Shown here: piece after piece, positions 48,048 to 61,900 of the stretch
Layout: each line of letters opens with the position of its first letter
Numbering within the stretch: the stretch's first letter is position 1
NCBI GenBank assembly: GCA_030390025.1
Contig: CM059432.1
Span: 129,954,001 to 130,018,000 of the forward strand
Source: Squalus acanthias
Taxonomy: Eukaryota
DNA: 64,000 nucleotides
Direction: 5' to 3'
Made by a program: the position numbers and the translations under genes
The notes under the pieces: generated by a model
Seen by the model: the letters and a program-made list of their open reading frames with translations, nothing else
Databases searched by the model: none
What the model was told of the DNA's origin: nothing

Positions 48048-51000
48048 GGGCTCAATTTTGCCATTGGGGTCGGGCTGGGGCGTGTCAGGTGGTTTTCATG
48101 TCAGGACCCCGACTCCGATGTGAAGTGGGAAAAAAGTGCGATTTTCCCCTAATTGGGCACTTGATTTCCAGCATGTGGGAACCCCTGGCCCAATTAGTCT
48201 TTCCATCCTGAAAGTTGCCTACGATGACGTCATCAGTGCTGCTGGATTTAAGGCCTGCAAGCGGCCTTGCTTCTTCTGGAGACTGCAAACTTTATGCCCA
48301 TTGTTGTGATCACTTCATTCAGCAAATATGTCCAGCAGTAGCCAAAGTGTGCTCCACGGTTTGATGACACCGCCCTGCAAGCTCTGGTGGAGGGAGCAAG
48401 ATCAAATAAGAAGGTGCTTTTCCCTTCCTCAGGGAGGAAAAAGCCTCCCCAGCAGACTAAAGCTGTGTGGATGCAAGTGGCCTAGGAGGTCAACTCAATG
48501 TTTATGTGCCGCTGAACCTGGCTGCAGTGCAGGAAGAGGTTTCATGACCTTCTCCGCACAGGAAAAGTGAGTATGCCTTTCCCATCACCCTCAATCTGAT
48601 CCCCATTGCCTCTCCTCAGCAGCACTCAGCTTTGCCAACCTCTTCCTCCACATCCCACTTGACACTGACATCCCTGCACCCTTACCCATTCCCTCTCTCT
48701 GTATGTTCACATTCACTTAACTATTCGACAATGCAGCCCTCACACTCCCTATCGCTGTGATGCTATGACAACAACCTTCAACACACAGGGAGGGCCCTTG
48801 GTCTTGGCACCTCACTCCATCTTTGTCTCCTTCTAAGCATCTAGGCTATGGAATCTCTACACTCACTCCTTCATTTTCACTCCAACTCCACTTGTGTCCC
48901 TCATTACAGGAAAAGAGAGCCCACAATAAGAGGGAGAGGGTGAGGACAGGAGGAGGGCCACCCTCAGTAGCCCAGCTCACCACTGCGGAGGAGGCGCCCT
49001 GGAGATTGTGGGAGTAGAGGAGGATGCACAAGTGGGGGACGGACAGACGGGTGCATCACAGCAAGCTGGTGACAGAATAGCTTTGCATCTCTCTCATTGA
49101 CATTGCATGAGTAACTGATAATGATTCTGAAGGTCTAACAGATTGACTTATGATCATCTGTACCATTCAATGTGCATGCAAACTTTACCTCACATCTCCA
49201 ACTCTTTCCTTTACTCCCCCACAGGACCATCGACAGCCCCCGTCCCCACTGTCCAATAGGAAGAGCCTGAGCTTCAAGACTCCTCAGAGGAAGCTACAAC
49301 CTTTGAAGGCATAGCGTCAGCAGAATTCAGCGCACCCAGCACCAGCGCAGACACTCACACCTCAGTGGGAACTGCGCGAGATAGTGTAGTGTTGGCACCT
49401 GGTGTATCACAGCTCACAAGTGAGCATCAACAGATGGTGGAGACAGGGACAGCAGTGGAGAGTCCTCGTCGGAGGGCGCAGGACTCTGCCAGCTTGGCTC
49501 GGCTGCATGTCCACCCTGTGCCTCCGGGTCCATCCAGAAGGAGAGCGGTGCTGGAACTCCAGGAACAGGTGCAGGAGTCTCTGGCAGGTTTAGTCTCCAG
49601 GGTCGCTGCAAGTGTGGAGCGAATGGAGGAGTCCATCGCTAACATGAGCAGAGCCTTTGTGGAGGCGTTGGCGCATGAACGCATCACCACGGAAAGGATG
49701 GCAACCTCCATGGAAAGGATGGCTACCGTAGAGGAGAGGATGGCTACGGCCATGGAGGAGCTTAGTCGCCAGGGTCGTGAAAACATGGTCATTGTTCAGA
49801 ATAGACTGACATCTCTTGAGGAGCGATGGTCAGCTATTGAGCAGAGAAACCAGACCTTCATGGAGGTCCTCTGGAGTAGGACTTCCAGCGCAGAAACGGG
49901 TCCTCATGGCCCCCCTGAAGTGCAGCAAGGTGCTGTCCAGCTACTTGCTAGGTCTGAAGTGGGGCTGACCCATGAGAGGGATGTTGGTGGCAGACAACAA
50001 GGAAGTGAGGGCTCCTCTCCAAGTGCTCACACGACCATGCCACTGCAGAGCCCTCGGTCAGAGCCCCACCAGCGTCCCCACCCAACTGAGATCGGCGTAT
50101 CAAACCCTGCACAGCCGCAGGAGCAGCAGACTGTTGCCGAGCCCTCACAGGTTCGCAACCCCAGAGGACGTCCGCCAAAGGTGTCGAGACAGGAGCAGCA
50201 AGAAAGTGAGCAAGGGGCCTCCACATCTGCTGAAGCCACAGGGGAAGCACCACGTAGGAGCACGCGTAACAGGAAGATAATGCACAAGTAGTCACACGGG
50301 TAGTCACTTGGGTGTAATGTTGTGTTTAATTTTGAAAAGGCATCAGTTGCTTATTGTCATAAAAAATTCTGATGGCAAACTGTTGCAGTTGTGGCCTGTG
50401 TCATTTCGCAAATGGGACTTCCACATTGAGGGCTTAGGGCGACTTGCAATTGTCAGTATGGTGGTCAAAGTGATAGGAATCCGTAGGTTCTTGGCCAATG
50501 TCGATGGTCTGATAAGAAGGTGCGAGGCAAAAGTGTTTGATTGTGCAGGCTAAGCAAATCTGGCCAAGATGAGTGCGTCCCTTGCATCCCGGGCAACAAT
50601 GTGGTCGCGCACTGGCGCCTTCTGGCCTATGCAGCTTCAGGTGGGTGAGCAGCAGCTTGGCGCTCCTGTTGTTGCTGCTGCTGTTAGTGGTGCTGTTGTT
50701 CATGGATCTGCTGCTGCCACGGCTGGTCTTCATCCGAATCTGATGTCCAGGAGGAAAGGAAATAAATGGTTCCCATGCTTCTGGTATATGCCTTAGTTCA
50801 GGAAGCGCTCAGTCAAGGTGGTGAGAGGGGTTTCCCAGGAGGTCACACTGGAGATGGGTGTCAGGCTCCAAACTTCCACAACAATGCGTATGCCTGCTAA
50901 AAGTTCCCCCAGACCTGAGATAACAAAGTTCTGCCACCTGCAAATGATGATTGGTGAAAACTCCTTTTTAATGGTTGGGCTGCAGCTGTTAGGAAGCATT

Positions 51001-51314
51001 CCACTTGTGAGGCCGCCAGGATTCACTGGCGTGTTCCATAGGAGACGTGCAGGACGTGGGAAAAGTGGTAAAATCAGAAAGGCCTCTCAAAATGGGATTA
51101 TAGAGGCACTTAACTGGTTGTTAAGGGCCTTAAGGGCTTAAGGGCCTATCCCGCCTCTTGGAGGCGGGATGGAAATGGGGTCAGAAAACACGCATTTGGG
51201 AAAATTGCTCGGCGACGAGATGGAGGCGGGATCAGGCCCGCCCGCCATTTTTTGCGATTTTACCACCTCACACGCCTCCAATCCCGCCTCCTCGGGCCTG
51301 GCAAAATCGAACCC
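48048..51314 (+). mobile_element. Harbinger element E4 (Myb gene retained, transposase core deleted)
   Basis: TIR GGGCTCAATTTTGCCA/TGGCAAAATCGAACCC, flanks AAT/AAA. Transposase stub 50776-50550 (-) joins the N-terminus to [12 protein letters not shown]. Confidence 0.9.
48328..50291 (+). pseudogene. Three-exon Myb/SANT-like gene of E4 with stops; exon 3 largely open, coiled-coil-like
   Basis: APRFD..WLQCRKRFHDLLRTGK|GTGAGT; exon 2 EKRAHNKRERVRTGGGPP; exon 3 ORF 49365-50291. Confidence 0.85.
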
Positions 51315-51550
51315 AAAGAGTTCAGGTAGTCTTTAGAGGGTAAGATTGAAGTGCACCATTAAGACGTTATATAGGAAATCAGTACTCATTCCCTTTAGAC
51401 TACGTTACATCTAACCTGAGAGAACTTTACTGTCACTACACGCAGGGTGGAAGTGAGGGGACAAAAGAGAATAATTAATTCTACAGTCTTTCGATTAGGA
51501 CTAGAAAGAGCACACAATTTTCAAAAGGATGCTACTCCAAATGAGACTAA

Positions 51551-51919
51551 AGGCCCGATTTTAAACCCCGCTCCTGACAAGAATAGGGCGTGTGGGTCAT
51601 TAAAATAGGGACAGAGTACTCCGCTTTCCATTCGCATCACACTCCTGCCCGCCGCCAATTAAATTCCGGAGTTTCGGGAGACGTGTGAGGTGTTCACCGC
51701 GGGCAGGCGAGGACCTTGTTAATAGTCAAAAGTCAGGGTTCGATGATGTGCCCGCCTAAAATCCCCCTCCTTCCTGTCGACTTCCTCATTCCCACTGGGT
51801 CAGGCGGGAGTCAGTCTTTGATGGTGGTAATGAGGCACAGGAGCTTCAAAATAGCCCAGCGCGCCGATCTTTCAACCCTCCCCAACGCCGCACGCACACC
51901 CGTAGTTAAAATCGGGCCT
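51551..51919. mobile_element. Harbinger/Tourist-type MITE
   Basis: Perfect 14-bp TIR AGGCCCGATTTTAA and canonical TSD TAA. Confidence 0.9.
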
Positions 51920-53622
51920 TAAATCATATTTCTGCAGTATATAGGCTGCCTGCTCAAATTGCAGCACTCAGAAGATTAGTCATGACTGACAGCTACTTAA
52001 GGCCCTATTGATTAGCAAAGGTAGTAAGAGGTGCAAAATACCAGCATAATAAAAATGAAGTGGGCACAAACCTTCCCAAAACAGCAGTCAACTTATCACA
52101 CCATTGCATTCCTACTTCCTTGCAGATTTCAATTTCCCTGAAAACACATTTGACAGCTTATCAAAGTCAAACTTATTAATGAGTCAATTCATCTGATCTG
52201 TGAAAATAAAATTGAGTTTATTTTATTGCATTATTTTTAATTGGATTTATTTACTCACGTTAATCTGCTGAAGTTAATTAGCCGGATGTGAATCTTTAAT
52301 CAAGCCTGATGAGCTTTACTGCCAGCTTGCGCATTTGAGGTGATGCTAACTAACTGCACGTAGTTCAGATGGCACAGTGGAGAGTTCTCCTTACTGTCGT
52401 TAAGAGTTCAGGAAATGCCAAGGGAAAGATATGGCGTGGTTAATACTTAGCAATTTGGAGGTTAATGTGTGTTGCACTCAACATAAGCAGCAAAGTCCAA
52501 ATACAGCACTAGGAGAAGCTGCTATGAATAACTCTAATAAATTTATTTTCTGTTAGAAGAAAATGTTAACTACAGAATCCTCCTGTCTGTTTAACATCCT
52601 AATAATGAGCAAGGTCTAAACTATCATTAGCTAAATAGTCATATGCAACACTACAGCTGTGTTTTGCTAAAATTGTTTTTCTATATTAGCCAACCTGTTA
52701 ACTTAATTAGTTGCGGAATCAACACAGATGTCAGCATTATGGGGTGCCTAGTACAAAACAAAATTGAAGTTTGGTGGCTCCATTTCAATGCAAATCAGCG
52801 ATACTTGATTAAACTATAATTATTTTTTGTTGCATAATTTAAACCAACCAAATATCAATAAACAGCACCTTGGCCTCTATGAAGCAGTCTTTGAATTTTA
52901 TTTTTATTCGTATGTTTAATATAGCTATGGAAACCGAATTTTTAACTACAAGGCAGACACTTTGAATTTTTCATGTCAGTTTAAAATTGATCGTTTGGGT
53001 CAAGTTACCCTGCACCTCCTTATTAAATTAAAACTAAAAATCTATACATTGAAAAAATAATGAAAGGGCAATGTTAGTTTGATAGATGGTTAGATGAAAA
53101 TTAATAAATCATGATTGCACTGTTGCAGGAGGACTCCTGCAGTCTTGCCAGATCTTTATACGAAAGGATACAGACTTTTTAAAAATTCATTCACGGGATG
53201 TGGGCGTCGCTGACAAGGCCGGCATTTATTGCCCATCCCTAATCGCCCTTGAGAAGGTGGTGGTGAGCCGCCTTCTTGAACCGCTGCAGTCTGTATTCTT
53301 AGTATACTTCCTTGTAACAATTTGTTAGAACTGAGTGGCTTGCTTGGCCATTTCAGAGGGCAGTTAAGAGTCAACCACATTGTTGTGGGTCTCAAAACTG
53401 GCGCAATTTTGGGTGCAATCTGCGCCCGGATCACCGATCGCGCCCAAAGCGGAAACTCTACCCCATTGCTTCAAATCATTTTTAAGTGCCCACATTTTAC
53501 AAATGGAGACACAAGAGGCAACTTCAAACTCTTTCTAATGGAAGGGGGGTGGGGAATCTGCCACCGCCAGCCTCCAGTACCAACTACTTGCGCCGGGAAT
53601 TCCAGCATCACGGGGCCGGGAG

Positions 53623-53808
53623 CAACATTCCCGCTAAGCTGCGCAGCCACACAGCTGTCTGGAGGTCCCGCGCAGGCCGGTCACCTGCTTTTCAATGGGT
53701 GATTTTGCGCATGCGTGAAATTTTGAATGGGCTGAGCAGCACATTAAAGGGACCACTCAGCCCATTAAAGGGACCGCGCACCCAAAAACAAAATTAGGAG
53801 GAACATTG
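53623..53808. mobile_element. hAT-type MITE nested in another MITE remnant
   Basis: CAACATTCCCGCTAA/TTAGGAGGAACATTG, 8-bp flanks GCCGGGAG/GCTGGCAG (6 of 8 match). Confidence 0.7.
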
Positions 53809-54237
53809 GCTGGCAGATGCCCTAAAAGCACCCCTAGTGGTGTGGGCACCTGTCATTAGTAAGCAAAACAGGAGACCTCCTTTTACCCCCACAAACGTTG
53901 TCCAGGGTCAGCAGGAAAGATGGCACTTACACTGGGTTGAGACTTCCCTCCGCACAGTCTCAGCCCTGAGCAATTATTCTAGTAAGGTCAGAAAAATTAG
54001 AGAGGCAAAAGAGAAGAAGGAAGAAGCAACAGATAGTCTAATCAGAGAAAGAGAGTTAAACTTTCAAACTGTCCAATAGAAAACTATTAGATTATTTAAA
54101 AGATCATCTTACTGTGACAATGGAAAGCCCTTCAATAAACAAAAGATTGTGCAACTAGTTAAGAGGGTGAAATGACATATGGAAGTCCACAAAATGAAAA
54201 GGTAAGACAATTAGTTAAATTAGAGAAAGAGAAAAAA

Positions 54238-54460
54238 CTGCAAATGCAGGAATAAAAACAGAAAATGTTGGAAATACTCAGCAGATCAGGCAGCATCTGT
54301 GGAGAGAGAAACAGAGTTAATGTTTCAGGTCGATAACCTTTTGTCAGAACTGGCAAAGTTAGACATATAACAGGTTTTAAGCAAGTGCAGGGGCAGGGAA
54401 AGGGGAGGGAGGGGAGGAAAGAACAAAAGGGAAGAGCTGTGATAAGGTGGAAGGTAGTCT
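54238..54460 (-). mobile_element. Penelope pLTR fragment with mutated hammerhead core
   Basis: Homologous to 28817-28990. Core reads CTGACAA instead of CTGACGA. Confidence 0.75.
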
Positions 54461-54529
54461 GAAATGAAAACAAAATTCTGACAAAACACAGTGGGGTACA
54501 GATTTGTCTTTGAAATAAGTTAGTCAACT

Positions 54530-55720
54530 ACAGCACAAAAACAGTCCTAATCAAAGTCATGAACAACATTCTCTGTGAGTGTGACCATGGAGCATTATCC
54601 CTCCTCATCCTCCACAGTTTCTCTACAGCCTTTGACATAGTCAGTCACACCATCCTCCTCCAACACATTTCCTCCATCGTGCAGTTCGATGAGACTGTCC
54701 TACATTGGATCTACTCTTACCTATCCCATTGTAGCCAGACCATCTCTACCAATGGCTTCTCTTCACACCTTGACACTGTCACCTCCAGAGTCACCCAAGG
54801 ATCCATCCTTGGCCCCTTCTTCTTCAACTATATGCTGCTCCTTGGCCACATCATCCTAAAACATGGCGTCAGCTTCCACATGTGCACTGATGACACTCAG
54901 CTCCAACTCTCCACTACATCTATCAACCCCTTCACTGCCTCTCTACTGTAGACTGCTTATCCCACATCAAGGCTAAACACTGGAAGATGGTAGCCATCAT
55001 CTTTGGCCCCCTACACAATCTCCAATCACCTGCCAATGACTCCTTCCCACACCTTGCCCACTGTCTCAAGCATGAACAGACTATTTGCAACCTCAGCATT
55101 CTATTCAACCCCAAGCTGAGCTTCTGACCCAGTATTCTCTCCATCACAAAGACTGCCTACTTCCACCTCCATAACATTGCCCACCTCTGTCTCTATCATA
55201 GCCCATCTGCAACTGAAACCCTCAGCCATACCTTTATTACCTCCAGACTTGATTATTCCAATGTTCTCCTGGCTGACCTCCCAAACCTCCACCCACTGTA
55301 AACCTCTGCTCATCCAAAACTCTGCTGCCCATATCCTATCTCACATCAAGTCCCGCTTGCCTATCATCTCTGTTCTCACTGACCGACATTGGCTCCCAGT
55401 CCCCCAACACCTCAAATTTGAAGTTCTCATCCTTGTGTTTCAATCCCTCCATGGCCTCACCCCTCCCTATCTCTGTAACCTTCTACAGTGTTACAACTCC
55501 CTCCCCCGAACTCTCTGTTCTTCTGACTCCAGCCTCTTGTAAATTCCCTCACCCCTTCCCTTTGCCCCAGCACTGACGGCTCTGCCTTGAGATGCCTAGG
55601 CCCCACACTCTGGAATTCCTTCCCTAAAGCCTGCCACCTCTTCACCTTTAAGACCCTCCCTAAACAAGAACTCTTATCAAGCATTTGGTCACCCCTCCTA
55701 ATATGTCCTTCTTTGGCTTG
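54530..55720 (+). mobile_element. Degenerate L2 LINE
   Basis: STAFDIVSH, QGSILGP, TDDTQL, QNSAA..HWLPV..FEVL. Confidence 0.85.
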
Positions 55721-56370
55721 GTTCAGAGTGGGATTAATAATTCTTGGGTCCCTGGGCACCAAGAAGATTCAAGGCCCCTCTAGGTTCCCCACACATCCCC
55801 TTCCCTGATCCATTAAAACACAAATGTGTAGTAAAATGCATGAACAAATAGGCCCATTTAAATGCTAAAGTATTTTGATCCAGTGATTGTACACGGTTTT
55901 TCAGCGTTAGGGTGAGTTTTACCAGGAGCCCCATATTTGTCTAAGGCCGTGGAGGCCCATGCACTTATCCACCCCTAGCTTAATGTCCATTTTTTTCCTT
56001 ACAGCTTACACGAAGTGCCTTGGAACATTTTTCAATATGAAAGGTATTAAATAAATGCATGTTTCTGTAATGCACACTGCTTTTGCTGGGAGTCTATTTC
56101 ACATATTTACTCTGTTGTGGAGGAAAGCTTTCTGCTAATCTTTAGTTTTGCTCAAACCTTACTAATCTTTTTTATCAGTGCTCTGTGCTTCTGCAATCAC
56201 AATCCAAGCTAAAAACAAAATTATACTTATTCTGAAGTAAATTGAGAAATTGCTGGAAAAACTCAGCAGGTCAGTCAGCCTTTTCCGATATCTATTTCTA
56301 AGTTTACTAAAATACCTTTTTATCTCTCAGTCTTCAGTTCTGATTGAAGGTTACATACCCAAAACATCAT

Positions 56371-56495
56371 GGAGTAGAAATTAGTTTTGGGCAGCACTGA
56401 TATTCAATAGAACCAAATATCAAGTCGGGCATATAACAGGCAGCCGAGGCCAGAATGTCTGTTTAGTCTCCCCGTCCAAGATGAATTTCTACCCT
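56371..56495. mobile_element. 125-bp MITE with E2-type TIR, inside a Penelope pLTR remnant
   Basis: GGAGTAGAAATT/AATTTCTACCCT, flanks CAT/TAT. Confidence 0.7.
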
Positions 56496-57329
56496 TATAA
56501 CTTGTCTTTTCTCTTTACAGATACCGACTGACCTGCTGTGTATTTCTGGCGTTTTCTGTTTTTATTTCAGACTTCCAGCATTTACATTTTTTCTTTGTAT
56601 TTTGCATGGAGGTGGATGATGTTCCCCTCAATTTTCTTTTCCCTGGATAAAACAGTTTAGCGCTGGGAGTTTTCCCTCATGGCTTAAACAGGACCCTGAG
56701 TCCTCTTTCATTATCCTCTAAACCTCGCTTAAATCAGCAAATTAATAATTTAAAGCAATTATCAAATTAAAGTCTGACTTCAGTTTAGCACTTCCACACA
56801 ATCTGTCTAGCCACATAGAGGGATTCAGGCAATGCTTCTTGTTAGCATTGCTTCCATTTTGATCGCAATTTCTTAAAGCAGTAGGTGGATAACAGAGGAA
56901 GGAGAGGATCCTCATTGAGAGGGCTAATAAAAGAAAGAAAGACTTGCATTTCTATAGCGCCTTTCACAACCTCAGGACGTCCCAAAGCCTTTTACAGCTG
57001 TAGGATAGAGTGTACCTGTAGGAGGTTAGAGAGAAAGACAATGAAGGAAAGAATTATAAAATATTGAAGGGAATAGCAGGCTGAGGAATATGATGAATGT
57101 GTCAGAGGTGTAGAGTTTATATGTAAATGTGCAAAGCATTAAAAATGAATTTAGAAACTCGAGGTACTAATTGAATAAAGAAACATGGGGGGTAACTGTA
57201 ACCTACCCTGCCTGGCAGGAAACTAATGGGATCAGGTCACCCGCCTGGTTTACATTTTACTCGATTTTACTCTCCATTGACTTCAATGTAATTATAGTGA
57301 ATTTTGACTATCCTCCAATGGGTTCAAAT

Positions 57330-58961
57330 AAGACAAAATGTTATGATAAAAATGGGAAGAGGTTCCTGGTTCATCCAGGATTATTTCCTTAATCAGTATA
57401 TTGCATATCCAATGAAGAATAATGCAGTAATATATCTGGTTCTGGGTAACAAAGCAGAACAAGTAAGTGAGCTGAAGGTAGGGGAACACCTGGGAAATAG
57501 TGACCACTGTCTAATTGGGTTCACATTAACACATTAATAATAGATAAAGAAAAAAATTGTTGGAGGTGAAGGACTAGAAACCCAGATTAATTGATTGGAA
57601 TAAGTGAAAATCAGTGAACCAGCAGCAGGAGATATTTAAATATGTGATGGTTAATTTGCAAGTCTAATACATTCTGACTAGGAATAAAAATGGGTATGTC
57701 AAAGACCAGGGTCTGTAGGTAAATAGAAAGGTTAGAGCAAAAGTTAGATTTAAAAGAAGCATGTGAAATGTAGGGGTGTAATACAGAAGAAAGCTAAGAT
57801 TCATGTAGGAAGGCTGAGAGATAATGAAAAATAACTGGCAGTCAAAATAAATGGAAATGCAGGGGCTTTTATAAGCACAGAAGTAATAGAATAGTTGAAG
57901 AAGTGGTGGACCCACATATAGATGAAGAGGGCCATCCCGTACTTAAGAGTGAGGTAATGGTGGAAATGCTTAAGTATTCTTCATCAGCTGTTACAAGGGA
58001 AGGTGAAAGTGGGACTGTTGGAATAGCTGAAGACAATAAACATTGAGACAGACACGATTAAAAAAAGTTATTAGGACTAAATCAGTGAGGTCACCAACCA
58101 GGCCCAGGTGGTTGGCATCCCAGAATACTGAGGGATGTTGGGGAAGAGATAGCAGAAGCACCGACCATGATTCTCAAAAGATCTTTGGGAACACGAATCG
58201 TGCCAAAGGACTGGCGGGTGGCAAATGTTCCAACGCTAATCAAGAAAGGGAAAAGGATAAGGCAAGAAATTACAGAGCAGTTAGTTTTACCTCGATTGTG
58301 GGTAAACTTCTTGGCCCTGAAATTCCATAGGGCTACTACCAGTCTCCTGCTGTAACTTTACATATTATTACAGGGAATGTATCTACATGGATAGAGGAAT
58401 GATTAAGGGATAGAAAGCAATTAGTAGTGGTAAATGGATGTTTTTTTCAGATTGACAGGATTGGATTATGCTGGGATCTCTTTTGTTTTCCATTTATGCA
58501 AATGATTTGGATATGGGTGCAGGAGGAATGATAAAGCTTGCCGATGATATCAAATTAAAGGACATTGCAAATAGTGAGGAAGAATACAAGAGCTTGCTGG
58601 AGGACTTAGACAAGTTCGCAGAGCGGGCAGAAAGCTGGCAGATACAGTTCAATGCTGTCATGTAGAACGTTTTGGGAAAAAGAACAGTGAAAGGAAATCG
58701 ATCTTAGTTGACAGATGTGAAGGAACAAAGAAATCTAGGAGCTGCAGATACAAAGTGGGAGCGTGGGGAAAAAAAGAAAATAGGATTCTGGGTTTTATAC
58801 ATAAGGGCATCAAACATAAAAGTAAGAATGTGAATGTTGAATTTATACAAAACATTGGTTATGCCACAATTAAAGAGTTCTGGGCACCCCATTTTGGAAG
58901 AATATTAGAGCCATGGAAAGAACCAGTAGAATAAGAAGTTATAGCTATAAAGCAAGACTAG
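57330..58961 (+). mobile_element. Old degenerate CR1; continues at 62193-62256 and 63057-63336
   Basis: EHLGNSDH, KDWRVANV, NYRAVSFTS, KLADDIKL, WQIQFN. Confidence 0.75.
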
Positions 58962-61900
58962 GGGCTCGATTTTGCCAGGCCCGAGGAGGTGGGATTGGAG
59001 GCGTGTGAGTTGTTAAAATCGCCAAAAATGGCGGGCGGACCCGATCCCGCCTCCATCCTGCCTCCGAGCAATTTTCCCTAATGCGTGTTTTCTGACCCCC
59101 TTTCCATCCCGCCTCCAAGAGGCGGGATAGGCCTTTAAGGCCCTTAACAACCACGTAATAGCCTTTATAATCCCATTTTGAGAGGCCTTTCCGATTTTTA
59201 GTCATTCCCCCCATCCCTCACGCCTCCTCTGGAACACGCCAGGTAATGCTGGTGGCCTCACAAGTGGATTGCTTACGAACAGCTGCAGCTCCACCATTAC
59301 AAAGGAGTTTTCACCGATGATCATTTGCAGGTGGCAGAACTTTGTTGTTTCAGGTCTGGGGGAACTTTTAGCAGGCATACTCAGTGTTGTGGAAGTTTGG
59401 AGCCTGATACCCATCTCCAGTGTGACCTCCTGGGAAACCCCTCTCCCCACCTTGACTAAGTGCTTCCTCAACTGAGGCATATATCAGAAGCATGGTGACC
59501 ATTTAATTCCTTTCCTCCTGGACATCAGATTCGGATGAAAACCAGCCGCGGCCACAGCAGAACCATGAGCAACAGCAGCACCAACAGCAGGAACATCAAA
59601 AGGAGCGCCAAGCTGCTAGTCACCTACCTGAAGATGCACAGGCCAGAATTCGCCAGAGCGCGACCATATTGCTGCCCGGGATGCAAGGGACGCACTCATG
59701 TTGGTCACATTTGCTTAGCCTCTACAATCAAACACTTTTGCCTCACACCTTCTTACCAGAGCATCCACAATGGACAAGAACCTGCGGATTCCTATCACTC
59801 TGTCCACCATACTGACAATTGCAAGTCGCTCTAAGCCCTCAATGTGGAAGTCCCATTTGCGAAATGACACAGGCCACAAGTTTGCCATCAGAATTTTTTA
59901 TCACAACAAGCAACTGGTGGCATTTCAAAAATAAACACAACATAACACCCAAGTGACTACGCTTGTGACTACTTGTGCATTATCTTCCTCTTATGTGTGC
60001 TCCTATGTGGTGCTTCCCCTGTGGCTTCAGCAGATGTGGAGGCCCCTTGCTCACTTTCTTGCTGCTCCTGTCTCGACACCTTTGGCGGCCATCCTCTGGG
60101 GTTGCGAACCTGTGAGGGCTCGGCAACAGTCTGCTGCTCCTGCAGCTGTGCAGGGGATGAGACGCCCATCTCAGTTGGGTGAGGACTCTGGTGGGGCTCT
60201 GACCAAGGGCTTTGCAGTGGGATGGTCATTTGAACGCTTGGAGAGGAGCCCCCACTTCCTTGCTGTCTGCCACCAACATCCCTCTCATGGGTCAGCCCCA
60301 CTTCAGAGCTAGCAAGTGGCTTGACAGCACCTTGCTGCACTGCAGGGGGGCCATGAGGACCCGTTTCTGCACTGGAAGTCCTACTCCAGAGGACTTCCAT
60401 GAAGGTCTGGTTTCTATGCTCAGTAGCTGACCATCACTCCTCAAGAGATGCCAGTCTATTCTGAACAATGACCATGTTTTCTACACTCTGGCGACTTAGC
60501 TCCTCCATGGCCGTAGCCATCCTCTCCTCTACTGTAGCCATCCTTTCCACGGAGGTTGCCATCCTTTCCGTGGTGATGCGTTCATGTGCCAATGCCTCCA
60601 CAAAGGCTTTGCTCATGTTCTCGATGGACTCCTCCATTCGCTCGACACTCACAGCGACCCTGGAGACAAAACCTGCCAGAGACTCCTGCACCTGTTCCTG
60701 GAGTTCCAGTACCGCTCTCCTTCTGGATGGACCCGGAGGCACAGGGTCGAAATGCAGCTGAGCCAAGCTGGGAGAGTCCTGCGCCCTCCAACGAGTACTC
60801 TCCACTGCTGTCCCTGTCTCCACCATCTGCTGATGCTCACTTGTGAGCTGTGATACACCAGGTGCCAACACTACTCTATCTCGAGAAGGTCCCACCGAGG
60901 TGTGAGTGTCTGCGCTGGTGCTGGGTGCGATGAATTCTGCTGAGGCTGCGCCCTCAGAGGTTGCAGCTTCCTCTGAGGAGTCTGGAAGCTCAGGCTCTTC
61001 CTCCTGGACAGTGGGGACGGGGGCTGTCGATGGTCCTGTGGGGGAGTAAAGGAAAGAGTTAGAGATGTGAGGTCAAGGTTACATGAACATTGAATAGTGC
61101 AGATGATCATAAGTCAATCTGTTAGAGCATCAGATTCATTATCAGTGACTCATGCAATGTCAATGAGAGAGATGCCAAACTATTCTGTCACCAGCTTGCT
61201 GCGATGCGCCCATCTGTCCGTCCCCCACTTGGGAATCCTCCTCAATCCCGGCAATTTCCAGGGCCGCCTCCTCCAAGGCAGTGAGCTGGGCTACTGAGGG
61301 TGGCCCTCCTCCTGTCATGGCTCTTTCCCTCTTATTGTGGACTCTCTTTTCCTGCAATGAGGGACACAAGTGGAGTTTGAGTGAGAATGAAGGAGTGAGT
61401 GTAGATAATCCATAGCATAGATGCTTAGAGGATACAAAGGACCCTCCCTGTGTGTTGAAAGTTGTTGTTGTCATGGCATCACAGTGATAGGGAGTGTGAG
61501 GGCTGCATGGTCGAATAGTTAAGTGAATGTGACCTTCAAGAGAGAGGGAATGGGTAAGGGTGCAGGCATGTAAGTGTCAAGTGGGATGTGGAAGAAGAGG
61601 TTGGCAAAGCAGAGTGCTGGTGAGGAGAGGCGATGGGGATCAGATTGAGGGTGATGGGAAAGTCATACTCACTTTTCCTGTGCGGAGAAGATCATGAAAC
61701 CTCTTCCTGCATTGCAGCCAGGTTCTGTGGCTCAGCGAAATGGAGTTGACCTCCTGGGCCACTTGTAGCCACACAGCTTTTGTCTGCTGGGGTGGCTTTT
61801 TTCTCCCTGAGGAAGGGAACAGCACCTCCTTATTTCATCTGGCTCCGTGCACCAGAGCTTGGAGGGAGGGCTCATCAAACCGAGGTGCACACTTTTGCTT

